The notes below the pieces were generated by a model. It was given only the letters and a program-made list of their open reading frames with translations. It was not told the origin of the DNA and ran no database searches. Of a DNA stretch of 37,721 nucleotides, positions 36,823 to 37,721 are shown piece by piece. The translations under genes were made by a program, and so were the position numbers. Every line of letters starts with the position of its first letter. Within the stretch, counting starts at the first letter, position 1. The stretch lies in NCBI GenBank assembly GCA_903895055.1, contig CAITSL010000041.1:1-37721 (forward strand), read 5' to 3'. This DNA is from an uncultured bacterium. GTDB lineage: Bacteria > Patescibacteriota > Minisyncoccia > Phycocordibacterales > UBA9973.

Positions 36823-36999
36823 ATGAAAAAAATATGGAAAATCCTTTTGGGATTTTTAATTCTTTTAGTTGTTGTAACTTTTGTCTTTATATATCATTTA
36901 GCAAATACTGGCTGTTGGGGTTTTAGGGATTGTTGGGCAATAAATCCCAACGCGTCCAGCGGTCCATGTGTTCCATCACCAGAAACCCCTAATTGCTAA
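36823..36999 (+). CDS. Possible small membrane-anchored Cys-rich peptide (58 aa)
   Basis: Hand translation: MKKIWKILLGFLILLVVVTFVFIYHLANTGCWGFRDCWAINPNASSGPCVPSPETPNC. Signal-anchor-like N-terminus and 4 Cys. No clear SD or -10 box, and below the ORF-track cutoff. Confidence 0.3.
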   Translation: MKKIWKILLGFLILLVVVTFVFIYHLANTGCWGFRDCWAINPNASSGPCVPSPETPNC

Positions 37000-37262
37000 A
37001 CTTTTGTTGAAATACTTTTATTATATAAATCTATCAATTTTTCTTTTTTCTCCCTTCGCCATTTTTTGATTTGAATTTCTCTTTTTCTGGCTTCGACCAA
37101 ACTATCCTGTTCTTCTAGAAACACAATTTCAAACTTGTCTCGAATTTTAGTAAAATCAGAACCTCTTTTGGAATTATGTTCAGAAAGGCGACGTTCTGGA
37201 TTGTCTGTAACCCCTATATATAAATTATCATATGAATTTTTAATCATATACACAAAATACAT
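36996..37262 (-). CDS. GIY-YIG nuclease superfamily protein (short UPF0213/YhbQ-like type)
   Basis: 88 aa. YFVYMIKNSYDNLYIGVTDNPERRLSEHN matches the GIY-(x10)-YIG motif followed by R..H/N. Confidence 0.8.
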   Translation of the reverse strand: MYFVYMIKNSYDNLYIGVTDNPERRLSEHNSKRGSDFTKIRDKFEIVFLEEQDSLVEARKREIQIKKWRREKKEKLIDLYNKSISTKV

Positions 37263-37268
37263 AAATAT

Positions 37269-37277
37269 ATTTTAACA
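37269..37277 (-). promoter_or_regulatory. Extended -10 promoter (TGtTAAAAT), 6 nt before ATG 37262
   Basis: Minus strand reads TGT TAAAAT ATATTT ATG. Confidence 0.5.
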
Positions 37278-37289
37278 TTGTTCGACTTC

Positions 37290-37721
37290 CTTCGACAAAG
37301 CTCAGGATAAATTGCTCACCATAAATGCCCATTCGAGTCCTCCCCCTCAGGTCGTCCCTCAGGGCACTCGACTACGTGTATTATTACGTTTGTATAAATT
37401 AAATTATTTTATCTTTATGTGTTGGGTGGCTTGCCACGAGCGAAAAAATAAAAAGCATTTTTTAAATGCTTTTTATTTTGTAGTCGAGTGGAGTATTACT
37501 ATCCTTTGCACGAACTTATTTTGAAAACAAAGAAAACTAAGTAATACGCTCCACGCCTCTCATTTTTCAAAACTTTTTACCACGCTCCGACAATGTGGTA
37601 ACTCAATGAACTCCGCCACGACGAGCTAAAGCTCGTCGTCTGCCCTCATCCCATCGCAAACTCCATGCATATTTAATTTCGCGCGGATTTTCTTTTTTCG
37701 GAATGGGCGATGGGATTGAGG
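37290..37721. other. Non-coding, GC-enriched, hairpin-dense region (unassigned structured RNA or cluster of palindromic elements); continues past the window edge
   Basis: No credible ORF. Four perfect or near-perfect stems: 37365..37375/37480..37490, 37488..37500/37540..37554, 37618..37626/37631..37639 and 37644..37657/37707..37721. Confidence 0.5.
37445..37479. terminator. Perfect 16-bp AT-rich hairpin, bidirectional terminator-like
   Basis: AAAATAAAAAGCATTT (37445..37460), loop TTT, AAATGCTTTTTATTTT (37464..37479). A/T runs on both sides. Confidence 0.55.

Noticed and set aside
37420-37480. T-box riboswitch, suggested by TGGGTGGCTTGCCACGAGCG followed by a terminator hairpin.
   Set aside because: The GGGTGG is not followed by the conserved NACCGCG. 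There is no recognisable stem I or specifier loop upstream, and no gene follows the terminator within 240 nt.
37312-37524. 70-aa plus-strand ORF.
   Set aside because: It runs straight through the 16-bp terminator-like hairpin and the inverted repeats, has an odd composition and has no start signal. The region is better explained as non-coding.

Overview
AT-rich, very tightly packed bacterial window with about 45 protein genes and 4 tRNA genes, mostly on the minus strand. The gene content suggests a small-genome Patescibacteria/CPR-type organism: a secretin-less type IV pilus locus next to comFC, a free-standing LAGLIDADG ORF, single-domain receivers, many small envelope proteins and almost no biosynthesis. 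That assignment is inference only. Layout, left to right: partial DsbA-like gene, sufS-like gene, membrane protein, tRNA-Ser(GGA) overlapped by a LAGLIDADG ORF, an unlisted zinc-ribbon ORF, ECF-S-like and AttH-like genes, and ligA. Next comes a 15-gene type IV pilus locus (7501-19110: pilM/N/O, pilB, receiver, pilT, pilC, pilA, second pilin, pilD, four minor pilins). It is followed by comFC, a cyanophycin-synthetase-like ATP-grasp gene, gpsA, an MliC-like gene, a membrane SpeE-like gene plus membrane-anchored pcm, and an Asp racemase. The rest is two divergent class II tRNAs, receiver plus recG, a MacAB-like ABC efflux cassette, a P-loop kinase, tRNA-Ile(UAU), ftsH, a GIY-YIG gene and a 430-nt structured non-coding region at the right edge. 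Six points deserve a second look. (1) Short GC-rich, hairpin-forming, frame-preserving insertions sit inside ligA (Zn finger) and at four places in recG, reminiscent of Rickettsia palindromic elements. (2) The 3.4-kb efflux cassette is bracketed by the real recG 3' end and a displaced copy of the last 15 recG codons. (3) An extended -10 box (TGnTAnAnT) lies 5-8 nt upstream of the ATG of 15 genes (10 nt for pilM, 16 genes in all), implying leaderless mRNAs and resolving several start codons. (4) Two tRNAs are unusual: Ile-UAU, and a Ser-like tRNA with anticodon ACU and a TCCGAAT T-loop. (5) The LAGLIDADG ORF has its stop codon inside tRNA-Ser. (6) The pilM and comFC promoters overlap back to back. 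No CRISPR array, rRNA, transposase, integrase or recognisable defence genes were seen.
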